DNA from: Monocercomonoides exilis PA203
Taxonomy: Eukaryota; Protista; Preaxostyla
Assembly: GCA_001643675.2 (NCBI GenBank)
Contig: LSRY02000001.1
Location: forward strand, 434,001 to 498,000
DNA: 64,000 nt
Reading direction: 5' to 3'
Shown: positions 21,346 to 34,200 of the stretch, piece after piece
How the letters are laid out: each line of letters starts with the position of its first letter
Position numbering within the stretch: position 1 is the stretch's first letter
Made by a program: the position numbers and the translations under genes
The notes under the pieces: model-generated
The model's database searches: none
The model's input: the letters and a program-made list of their open reading frames with translations, nothing else
Told to the model about the DNA's origin: nothing

Positions 21346-24300
21346 TCATCCCTGTTCAACTGCCCCATCCTCCTGCGAATGAGCGGTGCGAGTATCATCA
21401 ATAACCAAATACACAAAATAGTCCGGATACTGAAAATGAGCAAGCAACACTGAAAGCGGAATGTCTAATGGAATTCGCATAGAATGGCAATAGACAGGCG
21501 GATAGCAGTGCGAAATGAGCGGGTTTGAATGAGTCGTTGTTTGGTCGGTATAACCTGAAAATGAGGGGGATAAGGGGGATGAGGGAGAAGAAGAAGCTGA
21601 AGATGAAGAAGATGAAAATGAAGAAGGAGAAGGTGAAGGAGAAGGAGAAGGAGAAGGAGGAGGAGAAGAAGAAGACGACGACGACGATGATGATGAAGAT
21701 ATTGAACTTTCATGCTGTTGCAATCCAACCGAAGCTTTCTTATCAACAGAAGAAAATTCCATTTTTATTGAATCCGAAGATATTTCATTGTTTTCCAAGA
21801 GCTTTCCAACTTTTCCAACCAATTTTCCATTTTCGAGTGAAGAAGTCGACGAATCACGTTCAATTGTTACAGTAGATGAAGAAAAGTTCTTCTTCTTCTT
21901 TAAATTTGACACAAGTGAAGCAGAAGATGAAGGGGCAGATGAGTCAATAGATTGAGAATGGACATGCAAAGAAAGAGAATTTGAAGAAGAAGAAGATGAT
22001 GATGATGATGATAAAGTTGTAAAGGAAGAAGAGGAAGAGGGAGAGGGAGAAGAAGAAGAGCAAAGCGAATTCGAATGCGGCTGAGGTGAAAGAAAAGCCT
22101 GAATCTTATCATTTGCCTGCGAAGTGGCAGAAAATGCAGGCGATGCTGAGCTTTTTGCAGAAATTGGCTCAGAAACTGAATGAGGGCGAAAGGGAATCAA
22201 GTCGACTTTGGAAATGCTTGAGGCATTTTCAACAAGAAGGGGGTTGCGGACAAAGGGATGGGGAGAAGAAGAAGAAGAGGGAGAAGGAGAAGAAAAGGGA
22301 GGGGGAGAAGGAGGAGGAGGAAATGCGATAGAAGAAATAGAAGGAAGAGCAGTCGGAAGTTCAGAAGACATAGAAGAATGTGGAGAAGGAGGAGGAGGAG
22401 AAGGAGAAGAAGAAGAAGAAAGAGAATGAATCGAATCCCCAACTGCTAATTCCACATGATTTCCATCTTTTTTATCTGCCTTCTCTTTCCCTTCAATGAA
22501 CATCACTTGAGCTGCGTTCAGCCTTTTCACATCATCTCGTGTCACATCTACAAAATCACCCACATAATCCAATTCTTCTTCTTCCTCCTCTTCTTCTCCT
22601 TCCTCTTCTTCTTCTTCTTCCTCTTCCTCTTCCTCTTCTTCCTCTTCTTTTTTAACTTCTTTCTTTTCCTCTTTCTCTTTCTCTTTCTCATCTTCCAATG
22701 AAGAATTTGATAAACTGTCTCTTTTATTCAAGCCATTTGCTTTGCCCGATGAAAACTGCTTCAAAGAAGAGCCAGAATGAGAAGACGAATGCGAATGGCA
22801 GGACGACAAAGAGGAGCGAGAAGAGGTGCGTGTGTGTTCAGATAATGAAGAAGAAGAAGAGGAAGAAGAGAATGAGGAAGAGGAAGAAGAAGAGGAAGAA
22901 GAAGGTGATGAAAGCATGATCGGATAAGAAATCTCTGTCGACGCCAGCGAAAATGGATTCACGCCATCAGCCGAAGCAGCAGCCAAAGCAATAGATGAGG
23001 AAATATTTTCTTCATTTTTGGCTGTTGTTTGATTAATCACACCATTCAATTGATAAGACGTGCTGTTTGACTGTAGAGAATCTGAAGAAATAGACAAATT
23101 CTGCTGCTCTGAGACACCTGAATGCGATTTGGCTGATAGCAAAGAGTGATCAGAGGACGGAGAATTAGCAAGCGGAGAAATAGGGGACGGAGAAATATTC
23201 TCCGAATTCCCCGAAGTTATCTCCGGGTTTGGGGTATCTGCTGATGAAGCAGGAATTTTTTGTGGTTCGCAATTGGATTGTGAAGAAAGAGGAGGAAAAG
23301 AAGAAGGAAGAGAAGAAGAAAGAAGGGAAGGACGAGAAGGAGGAGGAAGAAGAGAAGGAGGAGGCGAATGAGAAATGAATGTGAATGACATCTGGATGTC
23401 TTCATCAATATCTTCATGTGCAATCAGATTGAATGAAGAGTCAGGAAAAGAAGAAGATGATGATGATGAAGAAGAAGAAGAATTAGCATTGGAATTTGAA
23501 GAAGAAAGAGAAGAAGAAAGAGAAGAAGAAGAAGAAAGAGAAGAAATATTATTTGGTTCACTTTCAACAACAGAAGAATAATTAACACATGAAAATGATG
23601 AAATGTTTTTAGGATTTATTTTGTGTTCAGACAGAGAATGAGAGGGAGAATGGGTAACTGAGAGAGATCTGCTTCCTTTTTGGTGTTTGGAAGAAGAGGG
23701 AGAAGAAGAGGAGGAGGAGGAAGAGGAAGAGGAGGAAGAGGAAGTAGAAGGAGAAGATGAAAATCTTTGGGTGGAAGAAGAGGAAGAAACAGAAGAAATA
23801 GAAGGAAAGGGAGGAGATGATGAAGAATATGAAGAGGAAGAGGAGGAAGAAGAAGATAAAGTAGATGAATAAGATGAATCAACAGGAGCTGTTTTGAGTG
23901 AGTCAGAAAGAGAGCAAAGATGAGAAGAAATGGCATTGGAAATAAGAGAAGCGCCTGAAGACACGTCTGTTTGTGCGTAATGCTGATACAGCTGATATTG
24001 GAGATTATGTTGTGGTTGCTTGGTTTGAGAAGAAGAAGAAGGAGAAGAAGGAGAAGGAGAAGAAGGAGGTGGAGAAGAAGAAGATAATTCTGTACTTGGA
24101 AGCGTTGAATTTGAAGTTTTTGAAGGAAAAGAAGATGATGAAGAATCATGAAACGAAGAAGATGAAGACAATTTCATTTCATCTGATGTTAATGTTAATG
24201 AATCAGCATTCTCCTTCTCATTCACTTGATCCTTCGCACAATTACACAAAACATCTGCTTTCTTCATCTTCTCTGTTGATAGTGTCAGTTCAGGCGTCGA

Positions 24301-27228
24301 ATGCCCTCTTTTCCTCATCGAAGACGAAAGAAGTTCTTTTCTGCAGTTTATGTTTATTTTGTTATTATCATTGTCATTATTATTAATATTTATATTAACA
24401 TCATTATCATCATTGCCATTGTTATTACAATTACAATAAGTATTATTAGTATTAGTATTAGTATTAGTGTTAGTGTTAGTGTTAGTATTGTTATTATCAG
24501 AATTTGTATTAGTTTTTGTACCATCCATATTTTGTTCTTCATTTGTTTCTGGTTGAGAAGAATTTGATGAGAAAGAAGTTTGACAGCTGGGATAATGTTG
24601 CAGTGGATGCATGTCATTCAATGTGAAATATTCAGAAGAAGAAAGTGATAGCGAAGAAGAAGAAGAAGAGGGAGAGGAAGAAGAGGAAGAAGAAGAAGAT
24701 GATGATGATGATGATGATGATGAAGTTGTTGATATAACAATAGGAGAAGCAACAGAAGAAGCAGAAACAGAAGCAGTAGTTGCATCAAAGCCATAAGCAT
24801 TCAGTGAGCTAATCGAAGCAAGTGAAGTCAGCGAAGCAAGAGTCGTAACTGGCTTAGCAGAAGCCATTGAATTCAATTGATAACTTGAGTTCAATGGATT
24901 ACTAGCATTATTCAAATAGCTTGTATTGAATGCATTAAACGAAGCAAATGAAGATCTGTGGTCTATCACAGGGGAAAGCGTGACGACGAACTGAGGAGAA
25001 GGAGGAGAAAGTGTTGGCCTTCGAATGGAAGAGAAAGAGGCAGCAGGATGGCTGGGGGCAGTTGGTGAAGTGCAGATGCTGTGGGTGGAAGAATAATTGG
25101 AAGGAGAAAAGGAAGAGGAGGAGGAAGAGGAAAAGGAAGAAGAAGAAGAATGAGGAGAGGATGATGATAATGAAGATGGTGAAGAGGAAAAAGAAGGAGA
25201 AGAAGATGGAGGAAGAGCGTTAAACTGGAAGGGAGAGTTAGGATCGGATTGTTCTGTGTTGGGTGTACTGGAGAAGGAGGAAGAGGAAGAAGAGAAAGAT
25301 GAAGAAGGAGAAAAAGGAGAAGAGTGAACTGAAGGCGATGTGGCAACAGGTGAATATGAAGGCGACTGTGGAGGAGATAAAAGGATGGAAGAAGAAGAGG
25401 AGGAGGAAGAAGTAGGAAATGGAGAAGAAGAAGACGATGATGATGAAGAAGAGGAAGGGGAAGAGGAAGAAGAGGAAGAGGAAGAAGAGGAAGAGGAAGA
25501 AGAGGAAGAGGAAGAAGAGCAAAACGAAGCAGGAGTAGCTGATCGAGAGCATCCAGAGGATACTGTTCCAGTTGTGGATGAGCGGGCAAACGATCGCTGG
25601 GCGCACCGCAGCGCCTTCTCCTCGTCTGAAAGGGGAAAGAGCTCAGGAAAGCAGAAGTTGAGGTAGTCCAGCAGCATCACACGGGCGAAGGAGGGTTGGA
25701 GTGCTTGAGGTGATTGAGGTGATTGGAATGGTTGGAATGGTTGGTTTTGTTGAGAACAATGAACAGAATGAGCAGAATGAGTAGGCTGTGCAGAAGGAAC
25801 AGAATGAACAGAATGAATAGAATGAATAGACTGGAATGACTGCACTGATTGAATGGACTGATTAGACTGAAATGAACGAGGAGATTGAGAAGACTGAGAA
25901 GACTGAGAAGATGGCGAATAACTCGCTCTGCCTGCAATGTTATCGCAGTCGCTGCCAGGCACATCGGCGTTTGTGGTGATGCTAAAGAAAGTGCGGTTGG
26001 CTTCGGAATATTCTTCTTTTTCTTCTTCTTCTGCTGCTGCTTTTTCTTCTTCCTTTTCTGATTTTGAGGATTTTCTCGCTTTCGCTGCTTTCTGTTCGGT
26101 TGCACTGCGTTTTGAGTTTTTTCTCCCTTTCTGTGATGTTTCCTTTCCTTTTTCGCTCCTTCTCTCATTTCCTCTTTCACTTCCTCTCCCGCCCCCTCTC
26201 CTTTCTCCTTTCTCTCCTTCGTCCTCTGCCCCGCTTCCTCCTCCATCAAAGCTGAATCCATAGCCAAAGCCAAAGCCAAATCCAGTGCTCACACTTGAAT
26301 TACTTCCGTCTGACAGTCTTCTCAATGCATCTGATCTCTCCCCTCCCTCTCTGTCTTCGCCTGCCTCGTCCAGCCAGTCAAATTCCTCGCGCTCAACCAC
26401 TTTTTCGTAGTAGACGCTGCTGTTGTGAGTGAAGAAGACGCGGATCGCAGGGGACGCCTTTTTGTGCAGCTGAGATGCGCGAATACGCGAAGCTTTCATA
26501 AGAAACGATTTGGTCGTGAACCGCTTGAAGTTCGCGTAATTTGCTATTTGAATGAAATTTTGAAAAAGCAAATAAATACAACTAATAGATAACACAAAAA
26601 ATGCGCACCGTTTGCTGCTGAATCAAACATTTCCTTTAAATCTTCGTCGCAGGCAAGATTAACATCGTCATTCACTCGATATCTGAGTTGAAGTGCTTCT
26701 TTACATGTTGAACGATACCAAAATTTCACAAGCTCTTTATTGTGTAATTGCATCACTGAGTCTATAGGAAAATTTCCACAATGCACAATCACTTCCCAAG
26801 TTAATTTTCTTTTTGTTGTGATGAGGTTTCTGTTTTGCGATGAAACATAAATATCATACAGCACTCCAACGGGATGACGCCTAAAAAAAGATGAAAATAA
26901 AATAAAAAAATGGTAAAAAACAATCAGCAAAAACCATTCTAAAGGTTTATTATCAAATGATAACCACAATGAACGATAATCCATGTCGCTAACAAAAGGG
27001 GAAAAGAATCTGTAGACTGTTGGCATAAATAGTGGGAAATAACTCGAAAATGGTATTTTTATCTTTAATATCAAATGATGTTACGATTAATAAGCTAAAT
27101 ATTTAAATGAAAAATTTTTTCCAAACTGGAAGAGAAATGGGAATGTACTTTCCGGAGATTACAGACGGATCTAGCTTAAAGGAAACTATTATTTTTAAGT
27201 TCCATAGTTTAGCTTGTAATGAACACAT
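21346..27228 (-). CDS. ATG5: Autophagy protein ATG5 with very large Ser-rich insertions (~1,899 aa)
   Basis: Exons 27228-27127, 27062-26935, 26880-26609 and 26543-21346; GT-AG introns of 64, 54 and 65 nt; spliced length 5,700 nt. ATG5 motifs in order: LWNLKIIVSF, SYFPLF, LWLSFDNKPLEWRHPVGVLYD, WEVIVHCGNFP, STCKEALQL, AIRVFF, LLDYLNFCFP and VYCHSMRIPLDIPLSVLLAHFQYPDYFVYLVI. Confidence 0.88.
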
Positions 27229-27992
27229 TAAATGGATAAACTGAAAACAATGTGTTCACTTTTTGAGCTATGGTGTATATGATCTTTCAATGTTTTGATT
27301 AAAAAAAGCTTAAAAAAAAAAGTAATAATAAAATTAAATTAAATTAAATAAACGTCAAAAGAATAAACATTGAAGTTTTATAGCTATATCCGATTAATAA
27401 ATTTATTTGTTTATAATTTGTTTATAGGCTGAAAATTTTGTGATTTATTTATTTATGAATATTAAAAATAAATAGATTTTTCAGCTTGTCAGTGTCCCCT
27501 TCATGAATTAAGTTTATTAAAAATCAAGGAATAACATTCATCGATAAAAGAAAAGAAAATATTTATGCTTTTTTGTTCTTTTTTCGGATTATTCATAAAA
27601 CGATTAATGTTTTGGAATTTTTTTGCATTCATGATGTGAATTTTGTAATTATTGTAATAACAATAAAATAACTATAATTCATTAAAAATCATTATAATAA
27701 GTTCTACAAAAGCACAATAAAAAAAAGAAAGATAGAAAGAACGAGAGAAAAAATGAGTTTTTTTCCAAAACAATTGATGACTGAAAAATAAAATGAACCT
27801 GATATAATTGTGGTGTACTCACGAATATAACAATCTTCGAATATCAACACAAAACAGAAAATAAAAAAAAAACATGAAGAGAACTGGCTTCAACTTGAAA
27901 TCCAGTCAATATTTTAATAAATGAAAATATTCTCATTATTAATTTCGCTCGAATGACAGCATCAATGCAATTTCTCAAAACAATAACAGAAG

Positions 27993-29624
27993 TTATGAAG
28001 TAGTAAAATCCAAATAGCCAAGTTTCCTGATAGCTTTGTATCTATTTTTTTTTTTTTTTTCATTTTTTATTTATTTAAAATTGAAACATTGAATCATCAA
28101 AAGGATGTTGAATTTCATAAGTATATAAATATTGGCATTAAAAAAAAGAATAAATAAAAATGAAAAAAATACAATGAAAACGCAAACTGTGATGGAATCT
28201 CTTGCAAAGCAGCGATGGCAAAAGAAGGTGCAAAAGAAGAAGCGTACTTCTTCTTCAGATCGTGGAAAGCAACAAATTGAAACTGGAAAGAAGAATAATA
28301 ATAATAATAAAATTGAACAGATTCATTTGCGAAAGCGTCCAATGGCAATTTTAAAAATTGAATGGTTTAAAAGAAATACAATAATAAAAAAGAAAGACAT
28401 TTAAGTTAGAACAAAAAGAATATACAAACGTTATCAAATTTGCGTCTTGGAATTCTATCATCAAAGGTCTCCATCAAATCCCTGGTTAAATAAAAAAAGC
28501 ATAATTAAACAAACAAATTCACCAATAAATATTAAATTGAATGTTTCGGAATTCGTATTGGCAAAAATGAATTTTTCGTATTTTCAATAATTCAGAAATA
28601 TTTTTCACAAGATTAGTCAAAAATGAAAGGAACGGAATGGATAAATGAAAACAAACCATGGTCCATCTCCGACTCCGATGCAGATTATAGAAAGAGGGTA
28701 GTTTGAAGCTTCAACAATGGCATCGATTGTTTTTCTCTCTTCGTTCACTTGCCCGTCTGTCACAATCACAAGAATATGATACTAAAATAAATTAAAATCG
28801 TAAATAACGAAAATATTGTTTCAAAAATAAATGAAATTAATAAATAAAACTGATTTCTTTTCTTTGACTGTTCGAATGGCCTCTCTGATGAGAGGAGCAA
28901 AATCAGTTGGCCCAGAAAGTTGTAAAGAAGCTGCAAGCACTTTGTATTGCTCGATAACCTTTTCAAATAAATAAATGATTCTCAAAAAAGAATAAATGTG
29001 ATGAAGAATCTTCATACCTCTTTAAATCCACTGCAAGGTCTATCAGGGAAAAAGGGTGAAGCAATCGTATCACTATTATTTTTCAAGATTATCAGAAACA
29101 TTTCAATTCAAAATATAAAATATGCATAGCACATACGTTGAAATGGCGTCGCCAAATGTATATGCAGGAATCAAATGGTCATCTGTTAAAATTCAACATT
29201 CAACAATAAAAAAGTGTTTTAAAACAAAAATGTCAACCATCAAATGTTTCAAGTGTTTCTCCAATAATTTCAATGACCTCCATATAAGGATTTTTCTCTC
29301 TGGTGTCATGCAAACTTTTCCCACCAAAACTTCTTGATCCCTAAAATATTGTAAAAATAAACATAAATCATAAATGTTTTTTCTTTTCAAAAAAAATAAT
29401 CACAATAAACAGTTGAAAGGTTCGATCCAGTAAAATCAACTCCAAAAATTAAGTTTGAGCCTTCAAGGCCAGCCTCTCGTATGGCTTTTTGAACCTATTA
29501 CAAGAATAATGACAGAGCAATGTTTCTAAGATATATCGCATTAAAATCCAGTTAGAACCTCTCCAATTGTTTTGTATTGATCAGGGTTAAACTTTGGTAC
29601 TGATGAGGAAGAGCCGCAACCCAT
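27993..29624 (-). CDS. Copine-type vWA protein, RGLG-like, with an N-myristoylation signal; no RING or C2 domain
   Basis: Ten exons and nine GT-AG introns reconstructed by eye: MGCGSSSS..., [132 protein letters not shown]. Exon 1 is 29624-29559; intron 1 is 29558-29495. Confidence 0.9.
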
Positions 29625-29986
29625 GAACTTAATCAATAATTAAAAAATATTCTAACTTTTGGGTCATCAAGAATATGTTTTGTTGTCATTCGTTTGTTGC
29701 ATGATTCATATATCTAAATCGAAAGAAAAAACAAATCAAACAAATTGAGCTTCGAAGGCGAAAACAAATTTGATTGTAACATTTTCTTTTTTTTCTTTCT
29801 TTAAAATATTTGATATATTTATAATGAACTTCAAGAAATCCTTTGTGCTAATTGAATTTCAATATCAGAAAATAAAAGAAAATAATATTTTTAAATAGTC
29901 TTCAATTTACAGATGTGCAAAAAATACCGGACAAGATCGATTTCGCAAAAACCGTTATAATAATAGTTCTATTAATTTTCCTCACA

Positions 29987-30190
29987 ATATATCTCATTAA
30001 TAAAAACTCATTTGATAGACAAAACTTTCAAAACAACTTTATTTGTGCTCAGAAAAAATAAATGATTGAAATCTTGGATAAGCTCAAAATCCTATTTCAC
30101 CGAAATTTTAAAAATAGATATTACTGAGCTCAAATGAGGCCTTTTTAAAAGTTTTGGAAAATCAAATGAGTTTGTATTAATGAGATATAT
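29987..30190. mobile_element. ~200-bp foldback/MITE-like element with ~70-bp inverted arms
   Basis: atatatctcattaataaaaactcatttgat (29987) is the near-perfect reverse complement of atcaaatgagtttgtattaatgagatatat (ends 30190). Confidence 0.65.
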
Positions 30191-30968
30191 GGGACAAAAT
30201 TTTTTGCTTCAAGCTTTTTCATTGAAATGTTGAACACTTTTTATTGACTTTTTGAGAACTAAAAACACAATAAAAATGGTCCATTTAATTACTTTTGTAA
30301 AATGTTGTTGAACATTTTGTTATTATAACAATGATGCCTGTAAACGGATATGAAAATCAAATTTATTTTAATATCTGAGAAAGGGAAATAAAGTTATGAG
30401 TAAAGCAATTTTTCAACACCTTGTGCAAAAAAAGCTTGAGGGTTCGTATTTTCCCCCAAATGGTTCATCATAATTTAATATAAAGAGAGGGACGATGAAC
30501 ATTAGTTACTGGCAGACTTCTATGATATTTTTTCTCAGAGTTTAAACATTTATTTGATTTATTTGAAAATATAAAATTTTTTTTTTGTTGAAAGCACAAT
30601 AAAAAAGATAAGCACATATTGTGCAAAAAATATCGGATAAGACCGATTTCACAATAACAGCGAGAGGAAAAATTCTGTAAATTTTCCTCAAAATATGGAG
30701 GAAAATACGGACTTTCAAGGTTTTTTTGCACAAAGCATGAAAAAATTGCTTCACTCATAACTTTTGATCGCTTTCTCAGATTTCAAATTAAATCTGATTT
30801 TCATATCCTTAAACAGGCATTGTTGAAATCAAAACAAAAAGTTTTCCAACGTTTCACGAATGTCGAAAAATGGACCCATTTTAATTGTGTTTTTTTATTT
30901 CTGAAAGTCAATGAAAAGTGCATATTTTTTCTATGAAAATGCCTGAAGGAAAATATTTTGCCCCATAT
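30187..30968. repeat. Two diverged ~275-bp TIR-bounded units in inverted orientation (30187-30461 and 30693-30968)
   Basis: Colinear reverse-complement match along the whole unit (e.g. atgcctgtaaacggatatgaaaatca vs tgattttcatatccttaaacaggcat). Each unit has ATWTGGRRSAAAAT-type termini. Confidence 0.8.
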
Positions 30969-31257
30969 GATAAGCTTCAATTTGTTGAAGCTTGGAGCTT
31001 CCGGATATCCGAACAGTTCATTCGTGAAATACAAATATTTATCAAATAATTTTTACAAACATGATTTTTCAAGTGTTTGATAGTTGGATAAGGCAATTGC
31101 AGTTTATAATGACTCATTATGGTGATCATTTTTGTGAAAGATTTTTTTTCACATCCTTTCTAATACCATATTTAATAATTTTAACAAAATATTTAGAACC
31201 ACCCAATAACACAAATAACCATAATAATTAATAGATAATTAAACAAAAACAAAAAAT

Positions 31258-34200
31258 ATGTGTTGGAGCTTTGTTTTTGCTTTATTTTGCTTTTGCCTTT
31301 CTGAAGACATTGTGGTTGCATTTGTTTCTGATGATGGGAATGGATTTTGTTCATCGGAAGCACAACCTTGCAAATCCTTCGAAGAAGCATTTTCTGTGAT
31401 GGACACATGCGGTTGCCACGAATTGACAATTAACATTGTTACGGAAATCACTTTGCTCAGTGATATCACATTAAATTTCCCCGAACCTGGAATGGAAATT
31501 CGTTCATCGTCAAATTCTTCTTCGAAAATAATTTTACCCAAAGTTATAAAACATACCGGTTATGAACATTATCCCATTCAAAACAAGGGTTATTTAATGT
31601 TAAGAAACATTGAAATCTATCAGCCACCAGTTTTGTATGACGAAGAAAAAATAATAAAAGATGGAGTTTTATGTTCTCGGTATTATTTTTCCATGACGGA
31701 CTGTAAATTATCGTTTGATAACCCTGCCAATGTTGATATTGAAACGTGTCGTTTTTTTATTATAGGGCATTTCTTATTAACAAGATTAACAATAGATATT
31801 ACAAAAACAACTGTTTTTACAAATTTTTTATTTGAGGAAATTTTTTCGTCTTATCAAACGGCAGGCATCACTGATTGCCGATTTTCTGGAATGACATTTT
31901 CAAAAGGAGCATTCACGCGTTTTACAGATGCGATGCTAACATTTACAAACTGCAGCTTTGAAAATATTTCCAGTTTAGGAAATTGGGCTGTTTTGACTTT
32001 GGACAACAGAGACAGAGATAACCTCGAAACAGGAACAATTATAAACAATGTGACATTTGAAAATTGCAACGCGCCAAACTCATATTCAGGAGGGGCGATG
32101 AATATTTTGCTTGATAAACAATCCACACTGACAGTGAAAGGATCGCAGACATTATTTAAGAATTGTGGTTGCGATACAACGAAGACAGGAAAAGGAGGCG
32201 GGATTTATATTTTTGGTGATTTAGATATTGAACTGATGTTTGAAAAGGAGATCAGATTCGATGACAATAAAGCATCTTTTGGGAAAAACATATTTATATT
32301 CAATGCGTCGCTGGAAGCGATCGTTCAAAAAGATCATTTTCTGTTTGCAGCGGATGACAACGGAGAGTTTATTTGGAAGGAAAACGAACTGATGGGCACC
32401 AAATACTCACAAGAAAAGCATTTTATTGAAGACTTTTATTACTATACCGCTGAAGATGAAAATCTGAATTTGCTTATGTTTTTGTGTGGAATAAAGAGAA
32501 CGAGTATATATCTTTCGAGAAACGGAAAGGATCAAATTTATTGTGGAGGGACGAGTTATCCTTGTAAAAGTGTTGAATTTAGTGTATCTCAGTTTGATCT
32601 TCAGAGTGCAAGTTCAAAAACGCTTTATTTACCTGGATTGTCGTTGACGTATTTAAATAAAGCATTTTTGTTGGAAAAGGAAATAAACTCTGTGGCCTTT
32701 TCTGTTTCCAGATCATTTGAACAATCAAATAACGCACAAATGGCAGAGATTATTATATTACAAAGTATTGAAGCACTTTCCGATGCAGAACGCGGCTGTG
32801 TGAATTGCCATTACACCACTTCGTTTCACTCAATTCAGTTTGACTTGCCTGAAAATTTCACCTCATCTGCAGTTCTGCCTACGTCTGTGATTAGCTGGAA
32901 GTTCGATGAGCATTCCGCTACTCTTTTTATAAGGAAATGCGTAATTTGCATTCCTGATAATGTCTTGAAGCCTTTGGAATACAGATTTTTGTACGGAGAA
33001 GGAGGAAGCGTAAAGATCGTTGAAACTCAGATGATTGGAAAAGAAGAGTCGAAGATTACAACAAGGTGGGAAGAGAGTCCTTTTCTGATTAACAAAATGA
33101 GTGGTGATTTAACAATTAGCGGACTGACAATAGAAAGAATTACGATGGAGTATGAAGCATGCGTGAGTGTTACGAGTAGTGGAGAAAGTAGCGAAGTGAA
33201 GGTGAGCATCGCCAACTCAACTTTTCAATCAATCACAAGCAAGCACAGCAGAGAAGGAGGAGCATTGGACATAAAGCTAATCGAAGGCGGTGCATCTGTT
33301 ATGTTTGAAGATATTGGAATAACTTCTTTCACGTCTTGTGCAGCAGAAGGACGCCAATCAAAAGGAGGAGGCTTATATATCGAAATGACCGGGGAAAATT
33401 CGCATTTTCAAGTACCAAAGGATTCTTCTTTGATTGTATTTGGTGAAGGGAACAGAGCAACATTTGGAACAGGAATGTTTTTAACATGGACAAATCTAGA
33501 GACAAAAAAGGATGAACTAATACCTCTTGGCGAAGTTTTCAAAGAAACAGAAAATGTTGCTGCGGTATGTGACAGAGAAAGCATGGGAAAAGAGCTGGAT
33601 CTGCTCGTGTATCTGAAAGTGGTTGATGACGCTGCTAAAAGCAATATTGTATACACTGGAAAAAGCGATTGGGCAGAATTGTGCCTCGTTGAAGAATATC
33701 CGTGCCATTCCATTTCGTCGGCAATGAAGTGCTTTACAGCAGACGACAAACAGAAGAGAATAATTGTCTGTGGAGAAGTGGAAATTGAGACTGATCTTGC
33801 TTGGGGAAGCGCTACAAACAAGGAAATCGTGATTTCTTCGCTTCCATTTGATGAAATTCATTCAAGAAATGTTGACCATAGTCATTTTATGAATTCACAA
33901 AGCTCAAGAAAATTACAGAAAAGCAATCAATTTGAAAAAAGCAGAATGATTTTGGCTGCAAACGCAGTTGTGAAAGCACAAGGAGGTGCTGCTATTAAGA
34001 ATACACAAACATTAACCATCGAACACATAACGTTTCTGATTAATGAATTGAACAAAGATTTTCATCCTTCAAACTTAATTTCATCAGGTGGTTCAACAAC
34101 GGAATTAAAGTCACAATCAACAGACAGAGAGAATGTTTCAGAGCTTTCTAGTCAAAGCGACTGTTCTATCTCATTGACAGATGTGCGTGTCTCAACATAT

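Noticed and set aside
3200-26300. Many long antisense and alternate-frame ORFs (e.g. 6732-8129, 13864-15222)
   Set aside because: These are shadows of skewed low-complexity coding sequence that lacks stop codons.
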